A stretch of DNA of 64,000 bases from an uncultured Bacilli bacterium (GTDB taxonomy: Bacteria > Bacillota_I > Bacilli_A > RFN20 > CAG-631). The position numbers and the translations under genes were made by a program. The notes beneath the pieces were generated by a model, which saw only the letters and a program-made list of their open reading frames with translations, was not told the origin of the DNA and ran no database searches. Below, one piece after another: positions 1-8,485 of this stretch; position 1 is the first letter of the stretch; each line of letters begins with the position of its first letter. The stretch spans positions 236 to 64,235 of the forward strand of contig CANQTM010000005.1 in NCBI GenBank assembly GCA_947626825.1. The letters run 5' to 3'.

Positions 1-643
1 TAATATATTCCATAATAACATCATCATTTAATGTATCATCTAAGATAATACTAACCCAATTATTTTTATTCATATGGTATGCAGGAAAAATTCCTGTTGT
101 TTTTATTAAAAATGGTATTTCGTTTTTAGGCAATTTTAAATTGATTATCTCAACATCTTTTTCTAAACTATTTGCAATTATTTTATTTTGTTTTATTGTC
201 ATTATTAAACCATACCATTTATTGTTTTTAGGATTTCGAAAAACACCACTATCATTTAAATCAGGCCAAGGGAAATCAGGCAAATCATTATATTTTGAAT
301 ATATTAATTTACTAATACGATTTGCTTGAGGCGTAAAAAAGAAATTCATATAAGTACATGAATCTTTTATTTGTTTTAAAAAATTAACAAATTCATTATA
401 AACTTTATAAGAAAAATCATTTTTAACTTCTAAACGATATAAAACATATTCTTCATTAAAATTCAAATCAATAATTTTACATTTGATATGGTTATTTTTA
501 TCGATTTTAACTTCAATTTTAAAGGTATCATTTAAAATATTTTTGCTAATAAAATATTCATTTTCTTTTAATTGAAAACCAAATGATTCTAGTTTATCAA
601 AATCAATAGATGTTTTTTGAAATATCTCTTCTTCAATTAGCAT
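1..643 (-). CDS. MmcQ/YjbR-family DNA-binding protein (3' end runs off the window; absent from supplied ORF track)
   Basis: My own minus-strand translation from the ATG at 643-641 (GAGGA SD about 8 nt upstream) gives MLIEEEIFQKTSIDFDKLESFGF...PDFPWPDLNDSGVFRNPKNNKWYGLIMTI...GIFPAYHMNKNNWVSIILDD. The frame stays open to position 1. The C-terminal motif is typical of MmcQ/YjbR proteins. Confidence 0.7.
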   Translation of the reverse strand, partial: MLIEEEIFQKTSIDFDKLESFGFQLKENEYFISKNILNDTFKIEVKIDKNNHIKCKIIDLNFNEEYVLYRLEVKNDFSYKVYNEFVNFLKQIKDSCTYMNFFFTPQANRISKLIYSKYNDLPDFPWPDLNDSGVFRNPKNNKWYGLIMTIKQNKIIANSLEKDVEIINLKLPKNEIPFLIKTTGIFPAYHMNKNNWVSIILDDTLNDDVIMEYI

Positions 644-682
644 ACTTTTGTCCTCAAACATAGTATACTAAATTTTTGCAAA

Positions 683-2899
683 TTAGTTAATAGTGATAAT
701 GGCTAATGTCGCATCGTCAGCATTTTGACGTATGCTTATTAATTGTGAAAATAAAACATTACACATTGTTGCTGGTAAATCCATTGACAAATCTTCTAAA
801 ATTGCATGAATATTTCTATTAGTGTCATCAATCATACCATCACTACACATGACAATAATATCACCTTTTTCAATAATGTATGATGAAGGTGATGGACTAT
901 CGATACTTACAATTCCTAAAGGTAAAGAATAATTATTAACTTCTGTTACTTGATGATTTCTAATTATATAAGCATTGAAAGCGCCAAGTTTATAAAAAGA
1001 AGCAATTTTCTTTTTCATATTTATGGCTAGTAGATCAAGTGTAGTATAACTTTCTAAATCATTTTTTAATTGAATGATATCATTGACTAAATTAATTGCT
1101 GTTTTGATATCCATGTTTGTTTTTAACATGGCTCTTAATGTGTCAAGTGTAAATTTACTTTCTTCATTTGCTTCAAGACCATGTCCCATACCATCAGATA
1201 TAGCCAAAAAGAATAAATTTTTATTTTTTAAAGTAGTAAAACTATCGCCATTTGCTTTAACGTCCTCATTTGATTGTTTAATTGCATAATCAATTTTTAA
1301 ATTTTCGATTTCAATTATAGAAATTATAAAATATGATGATGATAAAGTAGCATTATCTATATGAGAAATCATCATACAAGTTTGTAAAGTGTTATTGATA
1401 ATTGGTAATAACACTTCTTTAATTTCTTTAACAGTAATATTTTTAATAGCAATATCAAATTGATATTTATTTTCATTAGACAAGTTATTAATAAATAATA
1501 CATCATATTGATAATCTTCTAAAATGTTTTTAAGATTTTTGTAAAAGTTATTTGAAATAAGTAACCTATCGTTATTAAATGTTTGACTACATTGTTCCAT
1601 TATTTTAGAAAAACTATAAAAATCAGTAGCAATTATATCTTTCATTTTGGCATCTTCTTGTTTTTGATAATTATTTATAAGATATGTTGTTGTAAATTTA
1701 TCAAGTAAAGAAAAATAAATTTCTTGTTTTAAACAATTTTGTCTAATGTAACGAATTTTATCATCAGTTAAAGTGTTGTTTAATGAATCATTGATATAAT
1801 TTAAAAGTAAATGTTTACCTTTTTTATGACAATTATCTATTTCAGGACAATTAGAACACAATTTATCAAATACTTCTTTTTTGGTCTTTTCTAATATTTT
1901 ACTTATACGTGATTTATTAAAATTTTCACTAAGTGTAAGAAACATTTTTTGAAAATTATTTAATTGTTCAAGCATTTCATCTTTATTGTCAACATAAAGA
2001 CGATAATATTGATTTTCAATATTTTCATCATTTTTCTTTTTGATAAATAATAAAAATAATGAAACAATTAAGGCCATTGATAAATAATAATAAAAATCAT
2101 TTATTTTTTTAATAAAATATATGGCAATAAAAATAGCCAATATGAATAATGAATTTAAATAAGTGTGTTTACTTGAATTAATTGATAAACCAATGCTTGT
2201 AATTAAAGTAATATATAAATATTCATAAAGTATTGGTATGTTATATAAAAGTCCAAAAAGAATAATAACACTATTTATTGCTAAAACATTAATAGTATTA
2301 TTTTTTAAGGCAAAAATTAATAAAAGTAATGTTATTAGACCAATGCTAGTATATAAAAGAAATTTAGATGAAATTATATTATTTATTAAAGAAAAATAAA
2401 TAATAGTTAAACTTAAAGCAAGTACTTTTGCTTTATCATCTTGGAATGTAAACAAATAAAATGAAAATTTTTTTAATAAATAAGAAAATAATAAAGTTAA
2501 TAGACATCCAAGTAATAAAACAATAGTAAAATTGTATATATTAAAGTTTTCATAGCTAAATTGATATATCAAATAACTTAAAATTATTGCTAAAATATTT
2601 GAAGTTAAATAATTAATAATTAATTTACGATGAATAAATAAACTAAAATGATAAATTACAAAATAAATACATAAACCGATTAATAAATAAATACTATTAA
2701 GATAACTTTCATTTATAAAATAATATAATAATGAACCACATGCTAAACCAGAAAAAGATATTAAAAAAGATGCTATGCCATTAAACATAAAAAAAGTTAA
2801 TAATGGAATTGTTAAAAGAATGTTTAAGTTATCAAAATCAAAAAAAATCGCTAAAAATGACAGAATAAAAACTATAAAATATTTTAAAGTTTTTGACAT
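683..2899 (-). CDS. spoIIE: Stage II sporulation protein E-like PP2C phosphatase (polytopic N-terminus)
   Basis: 738 aa. The first ~300 aa form about 10 hydrophobic helices. The C-terminus is a PP2C/SpoIIE domain (FLAISDGMGHG ... VMCSDGMIDD ... DDATLAIITI). A GAGGTGG SD lies 9 nt upstream. It sits downstream of spoVT-yabO-yabP-yabQ as in Bacillus. Confidence 0.85.
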   Translation of the reverse strand: MSKTLKYFIVFILSFLAIFFDFDNLNILLTIPLLTFFMFNGIASFLISFSGLACGSLLYYFINESYLNSIYLLIGLCIYFVIYHFSLFIHRKLIINYLTSNILAIILSYLIYQFSYENFNIYNFTIVLLLGCLLTLLFSYLLKKFSFYLFTFQDDKAKVLALSLTIIYFSLINNIISSKFLLYTSIGLITLLLLIFALKNNTINVLAINSVIILFGLLYNIPILYEYLYITLITSIGLSINSSKHTYLNSLFILAIFIAIYFIKKINDFYYYLSMALIVSLFLLFIKKKNDENIENQYYRLYVDNKDEMLEQLNNFQKMFLTLSENFNKSRISKILEKTKKEVFDKLCSNCPEIDNCHKKGKHLLLNYINDSLNNTLTDDKIRYIRQNCLKQEIYFSLLDKFTTTYLINNYQKQEDAKMKDIIATDFYSFSKIMEQCSQTFNNDRLLISNNFYKNLKNILEDYQYDVLFINNLSNENKYQFDIAIKNITVKEIKEVLLPIINNTLQTCMMISHIDNATLSSSYFIISIIEIENLKIDYAIKQSNEDVKANGDSFTTLKNKNLFFLAISDGMGHGLEANEESKFTLDTLRAMLKTNMDIKTAINLVNDIIQLKNDLESYTTLDLLAINMKKKIASFYKLGAFNAYIIRNHQVTEVNNYSLPLGIVSIDSPSPSSYIIEKGDIIVMCSDGMIDDTNRNIHAILEDLSMDLPATMCNVLFSQLISIRQNADDATLAIITIN

Positions 2900-2921
2900 G
2901 CTATTTTACCACCTCAGGTTA

Positions 2922-2964
2922 AAAATAGCATAAAAAAAGCATAAAAAAAGTCAAAAAAAGTCAA
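2922..2964 (-). promoter_or_regulatory. Candidate sigma-A-type promoter region of spoIIE (duplicated TTGACT -35-like boxes)
   Basis: The minus strand reads TTGACTTTTTTTGACTTTTTTTATGCTTTTTTTATGCTATTTTTAACCTGAGGTGG. The proximal TTGACT is 16 nt from TATGCT or 21 nt from TATTTT. I cannot tell which -10 is used. Confidence 0.3.
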
Positions 2965-2967
2965 AAA
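2928..2967. repeat. Four helically phased A7/A5 tracts (GCATAAAAAAA x2, GTCAAAAAAA, GTCAAAAA)
   Basis: Direct reading shows units at 2928, 2939, 2950 and 2960, a period of 10-11 bp. This is the classic arrangement for intrinsically curved DNA. Confidence 0.8.
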
Positions 2968-2988
2968 GATAGTGAAAATTTCACTATC
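2950..2988 (-). terminator. Rho-independent terminator downstream of yabQ
   Basis: The minus strand has the hairpin GATAGTGA-AATTT-TCACTATC (2988-2968) followed by TTTTTGACTTTTTTTGAC. The stem is AT-rich. Confidence 0.5.
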
Positions 2989-3065
2989 TGAAAGTTTTTA
3001 TAAAATAAATAATTAATCCTACAATAATGATTATGCACAAGATAAATATAAAAAGAAATAAAACA

Positions 3066-3512
3066 TTAGTTTTGCTTTTGAAAATGATTTTTTCTTTTTG
3101 ATCTTTTATTCTTTTCATATTTTTTGTTTTCTTTAGCCTTTTTCCTTCTTTCTTTTATTATATCAAATTTATTTTTAAGTACCATTTTTTTTGAATTAAT
3201 TTTATTATTTATTTTGTTAAAAAGAAATTGATATGCATTTTGAAATGAATTTTCTAATAAAAGCATATATGTTATTATTCCAAGGAAAAGAAATAAAGGT
3301 ATAAAAATATTAAATTTTGCATTTGCTATAAAAAGCATGATAATAAAAAAGATTAAACTCATTATCAAAAAGAAAATTATTTCTAATACTAATCTTATTA
3401 AATGGCCTTTTTTCTTATAAAATATTCTATTAAATAAATCATAAAATATCATAAACAATATGCCATAAAAATAAGATGCTAAAATAACTTGAAAGGCAAT
3501 GCCATTATCCAT
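3066..3512 (-). CDS. yabQ: YabQ-like spore cortex biosynthesis membrane protein
   Basis: 148 aa with 3-4 TM helices and a K/R-rich tail. Its start overlaps the yabP stop by 1 nt. The call rests mainly on position directly after yabP plus weak similarity. Confidence 0.55.
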   Translation of the reverse strand: MDNGIAFQVILASYFYGILFMIFYDLFNRIFYKKKGHLIRLVLEIIFFLIMSLIFFIIMLFIANAKFNIFIPLFLFLGIITYMLLLENSFQNAYQFLFNKINNKINSKKMVLKNKFDIIKERRKKAKENKKYEKNKRSKRKNHFQKQN

Positions 3513-3781
3513 TATTTAAATAACTTTGTAAAAATACTTTCTTTTTTACCATCCTTGATTGTTTTATTATTAAGATAGCAAAGTGAATCGATAGTTCCTT
3601 TGATAATTAAATCTTGTTTTTCAGTATCCATTTTACCAATTGATAAATTTTTACCAGTAATTTTTAAATTTCCATAAGGTGTATCAATTAAAAATTCATT
3701 GGTGTTAAAACTAATAACTTTTTTAGCATTATTTAATTCAACACTATTACGATCTATAATTTTTAAAGTTTGATTATCCAT
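3512..3781 (-). CDS. yabP: Sporulation protein YabP
   Basis: 89 aa. ...NLKITGKNLSIGKMDTEKQDLIIKGTIDSLCYL resembles the YabP family. An AGGAGG SD is present. The yabO-yabP-yabQ synteny is conserved. Confidence 0.7.
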   Translation of the reverse strand: MDNQTLKIIDRNSVELNNAKKVISFNTNEFLIDTPYGNLKITGKNLSIGKMDTEKQDLIIKGTIDSLCYLNNKTIKDGKKESIFTKLFK

Positions 3782-3804
3782 ATAAAAAAACCTCCTATTT
3801 AATT

Positions 3805-4077
3805 CTATGAATCAATAGAAGGATTTATTTCTTTTTCTGAAATTATTTTATATAAAGATAAGGCCTCTTCTTTTTTAATTTTATCATTAGTAGAAAGAAC
3901 TTCAATACAAATTAATTTATTTCCAAGTTGTAAAGTAATTTGATCACCAATATTTACATTACTTGATGGTTTGGCCTTATGATTGTTTATATTTACTTGA
4001 CCAAATAAAATAATATCTTTACTGACAGTTCTTCTTTTAATTATTCGACAAATTTTTAAATATTTATCTAATCGCAT
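3805..4077 (-). CDS. yabO: S4-domain RNA-binding protein (YabO/HslR-like)
   Basis: 90 aa. MRLDKYLKICRIIKRRTVSKDII..GQV.IN is the S4 alpha-L motif. The gene sits between spoVT and yabP. Confidence 0.75.
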   Translation of the reverse strand: MRLDKYLKICRIIKRRTVSKDIILFGQVNINNHKAKPSSNVNIGDQITLQLGNKLICIEVLSTNDKIKKEEALSLYKIISEKEINPSIDS

Positions 4078-4117
4078 AATAATACCTCTTTCATATATTA
4101 TTATACGCTAAGTAGAC

Positions 4118-4636
4118 TTAACTATCTAGTTGTTTCATTATAAATTTTCTAAATTGATTGCAAGTATCTAAATCAAATTGGTTTAAAATATGTTCATTTT
4201 CAATAATAACAAATAAACCTTGAACACTATTTTTAGCATATAATGGTGCAATATAAACATTTTTTTCTTCAAATCTTTCACTAATTAGGTATACTCCTTG
4301 TAACTTAGTAAAGATTCCATCGTTAATTTTATTATGTAATTGTTGATTTATTTCCATATCTAAATAGTGTTCACTTTGTTTACCATAACCTACAATTACT
4401 TTGTCTTGATCAACAAATAAAATTGTTGCACCTATTTGTTCATTTAACACTTTAGCAATATTAAATAGATCTTCTTCTAAACCAAGTAGTGTTGAAAAAC
4501 GTTTTAAAAGTATTTTGTTATCTTCAACATAAATTTCTACTATATCTCCCATATTTAATTTTAGATTTCTTCTTATTTCTTTTGGAATGACAATACGACC
4601 TAATTCATCAATTCTTCTAACCATACCAGTTTTCAA
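4118..4636 (-). CDS. spoVT: Stage V sporulation protein T (AbrB/SpoVT-family regulator with GAF-like C-domain)
   Basis: The N-terminus MKTGMVRRIDELGRIVIPKEIRRNLKLNMGDIVEIYV is the swapped-hairpin AbrB/SpoVT motif, followed by a ~120-aa C-domain. I prefer the TTG at 4636 (GAGGTG SD 6 nt upstream) over the track's GTG at 4645. Confidence 0.8.
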   Translation of the reverse strand: MKTGMVRRIDELGRIVIPKEIRRNLKLNMGDIVEIYVEDNKILLKRFSTLLGLEEDLFNIAKVLNEQIGATILFVDQDKVIVGYGKQSEHYLDMEINQQLHNKINDGIFTKLQGVYLISERFEEKNVYIAPLYAKNSVQGLFVIIENEHILNQFDLDTCNQFRKFIMKQLDS

Positions 4637-4654
4637 TATCAACACCTCAAATAT

Positions 4655-4684
4655 TAGTATGGATATTTTTTGAAAATTTTAAAC
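4655..4684 (-). promoter_or_regulatory. Sigma-G-type promoter candidate for spoVT
   Basis: The minus strand reads GTTTA-N18-CATACTA, against the published sigma-G consensus GHATR-N18-CATXHTA. The -35 matches 4/5, the spacer is exact and the -10 matches 7/7. The -10 box ends 6 nt upstream of the SD. Confidence 0.35.
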
Positions 4685-4788
4685 AAAAAATAATAGCTTA
4701 TTATTTAATATTTAGAAGTTGCATTCAAAATAAAACTTATTTCTTATCAAATTATAATTTTTTCTTAACAATTTGCATAAATTTGTTC

Positions 4789-4817
4789 TTGAAACTAATT
4801 ATACTTTAAAGTATAAT
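4789..4817 (+). promoter_or_regulatory. Sigma-A promoter of the rpsB-tsf operon
   Basis: TTGAAA (4789-4794), a 17-nt spacer, then TATAAT (4812-4817). Confidence 0.7.
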
Positions 4818-4913
4818 ATTAGTGCTGCTTGAAAGTAGCAAATACGCACACAGCTATCATCTTAGTTGAATAAACATAGAGCTGTGGAGGTTAAAACTAG
4901 GAGGAAAATAAAA
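4818..4913 (+). promoter_or_regulatory. Structured rpsB 5' leader (possible S2 autoregulatory element)
   Basis: The leader is about 90 nt and richer in GC than its surroundings. It has a stem GCTGC/GTAGC (about 4824-4839) and a 7-bp stem CACAGCT (4849-4855)/AGCTGTG (4880-4886). The second stem abuts a decoy GGAGG. The real AGGAGG SD is at 4899-4904. Confidence 0.4.
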
Positions 4914-6011
4914 ATGTCAGATGAAGAAAAAACAGTTGTAGAAGATGCTGCAACTGAAACAACAGTTGTAAATGAAAATACAACTACTGAAACTGCAGAA
5001 GTTGAACTTGGTACTGCAGTTATCACAATAAAAAAATTATTAGAAGCAGGTTCACAATTTGGACATCCAACAAAAAGATGGAATCCTAAAATGCGTCCAT
5101 ACATTTATGCACCAAGAAACGGTATTTACATTATTGATTTACAAAAAACTGTTACATGTGTAGAAGAAGCATATAAGGCTTTAAGAGAAATTACTGCTAA
5201 TGGTGGTAAAACATTATTTGTTGGTACTAAAAAACAAATTAAAGATATTATCGTTGAAGAAGCAACAAGATCTGGTTCTTTCCATGTTACTCAAAGATGG
5301 TTAGGGGGAACTTTAACTAACTTTAAAACTATTTCAAAAAGAACAAAAGAACTTCAACAACTTGAAACTATGATTGCTGATGGTACTTTAGAAACTTATC
5401 CTAAGAAAGATCAATTAGCAAAAAGAAAAGAATATGATAAATTAGTTAAGTTTTTTGATGGAATCAAAGAAATGAGAAAATTACCACAAGCAATTTTCGT
5501 TATTGATCCTCGTATTGAACATAATGCTGTAGCTGAAGCTAAAAAATTAGGTATTACAGTATTTGGTATTGTTGATACTAATAGTGATCCTGATGTATGT
5601 GATTATGTTATTCCTGCAAACGATGATGCAATTCGTTCAGTTAAACTAATTACTTCTGTAATGGCTGATGCTATTTGTGAAGCTAAAGGTGCACCACTTG
5701 AAGTTGCTTATACAAAAGATGAAGGTGATGAACTTTCAATGAGTGATGTAATTAAATCAACTGATAAACAAAATGAAGTAAAAAGAAATATGAAAAAAGA
5801 ACGTGAAGAAAAAGCAACTACAGTAACTACAACTACAGCAACAGCTACTGCCACTACTCCAACAACACGTAAACCAGTAACTAAAAAGAAAGTAACTAAA
5901 ACTGAAAAGAAAGAAAATACAGAAGAATCAGTTGCAAATTCTACTGAAGAAAAACCAGTAGAAGAAACAAAAACTGAAGAAGTAAAAACAACTTCAGAAA
6001 ATAATGACTAA
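4914..6011 (+). CDS. rpsB: 30S ribosomal protein S2 with acidic N-terminal and long K/E/T-rich C-terminal extensions
   Basis: Conserved core ...[19 protein letters not shown]...GGTLTNF...FVIDP. The ATG at 4914 has an AGGAGG SD 9 nt upstream. The track's TTG at 4866 lies inside the leader. Confidence 0.95.
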   Translation: MSDEEKTVVEDAATETTVVNENTTTETAEVELGTAVITIKKLLEAGSQFGHPTKRWNPKMRPYIYAPRNGIYIIDLQKTVTCVEEAYKALREITANGGKTLFVGTKKQIKDIIVEEATRSGSFHVTQRWLGGTLTNFKTISKRTKELQQLETMIADGTLETYPKKDQLAKRKEYDKLVKFFDGIKEMRKLPQAIFVIDPRIEHNAVAEAKKLGITVFGIVDTNSDPDVCDYVIPANDDAIRSVKLITSVMADAICEAKGAPLEVAYTKDEGDELSMSDVIKSTDKQNEVKRNMKKEREEKATTVTTTTATATATTPTTRKPVTKKKVTKTEKKENTEESVANSTEEKPVEETKTEEVKTTSENND

Positions 6012-6034
6012 TTAATTGAAAGGAAATATATAAA

Positions 6035-6901
6035 ATGGCAAATTTAAAACTTATCCCAATTCTTAGAGATAGAACTGGTGCTGGTATGATGGATTGCAAA
6101 AAAGCACTAGAAGCTTGTAATGATGATGTTGAAAAGGCATGTGATTGGTTAAGAGAAAATGGTATTGCTAAAGCTGCTAAAAAATCAGGAAGAATTGCTG
6201 CTGAAGGTTTATCTTTAGTTGCAGTTAATGGAAATGATGCTGCTTTAGTTGAAGTAAATTGTGAAACAGATTTCGTTTGTGCCAATGCAGATTTTAAAAC
6301 TTTATTAAAGCAAATTGCCACTACAGTTGTTAATAATAAACCAGTTGATATGGATGCAGCTAACGCTTTAGTTGTTGAAAACAACCAAACAATTAATGAT
6401 TTAGTTATTGCTGCAACAGCTAAGATTGGTGAAAAAATTTCATTTAGAAGATTTGTTATTCTTACAAAAAATGATGATGAATTATTTGGAACATATTTAC
6501 ATGCAGGTGGAAAAAAAGGCTCAATTGTTGTTGTCAAAGGTGGCGATGCCGAAGTCGCTAGTAATTTAGCAATGCAATTAGTTGCTACTGTACCTACATA
6601 TATTAATAAAGAAGATGTTCCAGCTGAATATATTGAAAAAGAATTACAAATTAGAATTGATGCAGCTAAGGCTCAAGGACGTCCATTAAATGAAAAAGCT
6701 TATGCTGGTATGAAAAACAAAATTGCTGAAGAAGTTTCTTTAACTTCTCAAGAATTTATTTTAGAAGATAAAGTTAGCGTTGGTTCATATTTAGCACGTG
6801 TTCATGCAAATGTAACACAAATGGCTTATTATATTGTTGGTGAAGGTATTGAAAAGAAAGTTGAAGATTTTGCTGCTGAAGTAATGTCACAAATTAAGTA
6901 A
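6035..6901 (+). CDS. tsf: Elongation factor Ts
   Basis: The N-terminus ...LRDRTGAGMMDCKKALE..N.D.EKA.DWLRE.G is the EF-Ts UBA-like motif. The gene follows rpsB. Confidence 0.95.
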   Translation: MANLKLIPILRDRTGAGMMDCKKALEACNDDVEKACDWLRENGIAKAAKKSGRIAAEGLSLVAVNGNDAALVEVNCETDFVCANADFKTLLKQIATTVVNNKPVDMDAANALVVENNQTINDLVIAATAKIGEKISFRRFVILTKNDDELFGTYLHAGGKKGSIVVVKGGDAEVASNLAMQLVATVPTYINKEDVPAEYIEKELQIRIDAAKAQGRPLNEKAYAGMKNKIAEEVSLTSQEFILEDKVSVGSYLARVHANVTQMAYYIVGEGIEKKVEDFAAEVMSQIK

Positions 6902-6908
6902 TTTTAAG

Positions 6909-6939
6909 AGTGCTTATTGTAATGATAAGCACTTTTTTA
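6909..6939 (+). terminator. Rho-independent terminator after tsf
   Basis: A 9-bp stem AGTGCTTAT/ATAAGCACT with a 7-nt loop, followed by TTTTTT. Confidence 0.75.
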
Positions 6940-7012
6940 AAACTAAGGAGAAAGGAAAAGGTTATAAAATTATTCATTTCTTTGATTAATTTTATAATAC
7001 AAGAAAAAAGGC

Positions 7013-7717
7013 ATGTATAAAAGAATATTATTAAAGTTAAGTGGTGAAGCTTTATCAAATGGTTTAGATGAACCATTTTGTCAAGAACATTTAAATGATG
7101 TTTCATTAGAAATTGCAACTTTAAACGCCAATAAAATCCAAATCGGAATTGTAGTTGGTGGTGGTAATTTATTTAGAGGAAAATTAAATGAATCATTAGG
7201 AATGGATCGTAATATTGGCGATTATATGGGCATGATGGCTACATGTATGAACGCATTAGCATTAAGCAACTCTTTAAAGAAAAATAATGTAAAATGTAAA
7301 ATATTGGGCTCTTTTCCTGTAAAAGGAATTATTGAACAATTTAGCACAGAAATGGCTGATAAATTTTTAAATGATGGTTATGTTGTTATTTATTCTGGTG
7401 GCACAGGACTTCCATATTTTTCTACTGATACTTGTTCAACATTAAGAGCATTAGAAACAAAATGTGACGCAATACTTGCTGCAAAAAATGGTGTCGATGG
7501 TGTTTATTCTGCAGATCCTAAAAAAGATCCAAAAGCTCAAAAATATGAACAAATTTCTTATCAAGAAATCATTGAAAAGAATTTACAAGTTATGGATTTG
7601 ACTGCGATTAGTTTGTGTAAAGAAAATAAAATGCCAATTATAGTCTTTAATATGAATCAAAAAGGTAATATAATAAAAGTAGTAAATGGCGATAATATAG
7701 GAACTATTGTCAAATAG
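7013..7717 (+). CDS. pyrH: UMP kinase
   Basis: MYKRILLKLSGEAL...VVGGGN..RG... is the amino-acid-kinase fold. The pyrH-frr synteny is conserved. Confidence 0.93.
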   Translation: MYKRILLKLSGEALSNGLDEPFCQEHLNDVSLEIATLNANKIQIGIVVGGGNLFRGKLNESLGMDRNIGDYMGMMATCMNALALSNSLKKNNVKCKILGSFPVKGIIEQFSTEMADKFLNDGYVVIYSGGTGLPYFSTDTCSTLRALETKCDAILAAKNGVDGVYSADPKKDPKAQKYEQISYQEIIEKNLQVMDLTAISLCKENKMPIIVFNMNQKGNIIKVVNGDNIGTIVK

Positions 7718-7731
7718 GAGGACAAAAAATC

Positions 7732-8283
7732 ATGGAACAAGATAACATTATTTTATTAGATTGTGATGAAAGAATGGAAAAATCAATTACATCATTTTCA
7801 GAATCTTTACTAAAAGTTAAAACAGGAAGAGCTAGTGCATCATTAGTTAGAGATGTTGAAGTTGATTATTGGGGAACAATGACTCCTTTATATCAAATTG
7901 CTAATATTTCAACACCTGATGCCACACAAATTTTAATTAAACCTTATGATAAAAACCAATTAAAGGATATTGAAAGAGCCATTATTAATGCTGATTTAGG
8001 TTTTACACCAATTAATGATGGTCAAGTTATTCGTTGTAACATTCCGCAATTAACTGGAGAAACAAGAGCTAAGTTAGTTAAAGAATGTTATCATATGGCA
8101 GAAGGCGCTAAAATAGCAATACGTAATATTAGACGTGATGCAATTAGTGAAATTAAAAAAGAAAAATATCCTGAAGATACTGAAAGAGATCTTGAAGAAG
8201 AAGTTCAAAAAATAACAGATAAAAAAATCAAAAAAGTTGATGATTTAGCTAAAGCTAAAGAAGAAGAATTAACTAATATTTAA
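7732..8283 (+). CDS. frr: Ribosome recycling factor
   Basis: 183 aa with a typical RRF sequence (...LLKVKTGRASASL...IRNIRRDA...). AGGAGG SD present. Confidence 0.95.
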   Translation: MEQDNIILLDCDERMEKSITSFSESLLKVKTGRASASLVRDVEVDYWGTMTPLYQIANISTPDATQILIKPYDKNQLKDIERAIINADLGFTPINDGQVIRCNIPQLTGETRAKLVKECYHMAEGAKIAIRNIRRDAISEIKKEKYPEDTERDLEEEVQKITDKKIKKVDDLAKAKEEELTNI

Positions 8284-8302
8284 TAAAATTTTTAATTTAA
8301 AA

Positions 8303-8338
8303 AATATTAAATTGCTAAATGTGATTTAATATTTTTTT
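8303..8338 (+). terminator. Possible terminator after frr (all-AT stem)
   Basis: A 10-bp stem AATATTAAAT/ATTTAATATT with an 11-nt loop, then a T-run. There are no G:C pairs, so it is weak. Confidence 0.35.
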
Positions 8339-8485
8339 CTTAAAAAACATTTATTACTAATAAGTTATAAGAATAAATATTTTTAAAACAACTAAAATAT
8401 AAATAGAGATAACAATAAAATAAATTATTTGTTATTTATTTTGCAATTGCTTATTAATCTGAATTTTGTTAAACTAAGATAAAGG

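Noticed and set aside
3030-3065. 11-codon minus-strand ORF (MFYFFLYLSCA) between yabQ and the terminator
   Set aside because: It is too short, has no SD, and begins directly adjacent to the yabQ stop codon. It is probably chance. It is not a DivIC equivalent.
3802-3830. Sigma-E-like motif (AATAAA-N14-CATAGAAT) upstream of yabP on the minus strand
   Set aside because: The motif overlaps the yabO stop codon, and the predicted transcription start would fall in or after the yabP SD. The -35 is just A/T-rich sequence, which is common here. The evidence is too weak to call.
4646-4913. Strand switch between the minus-strand sporulation block and the plus-strand rpsB cluster as a possible replication origin
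   Set aside because: No DnaA-box cluster and no dnaA/dnaN lie nearby. The region is fully explained by two divergent promoters (sigma-G-type for spoVT, sigma-A for rpsB) and the rpsB leader.
5941-6537. 198-aa minus-strand ORF
   Set aside because: It is entirely antisense to the rpsB 3' end and to tsf. It has no SD, its composition mirrors the sense-strand codons, and both sense genes are unambiguous.
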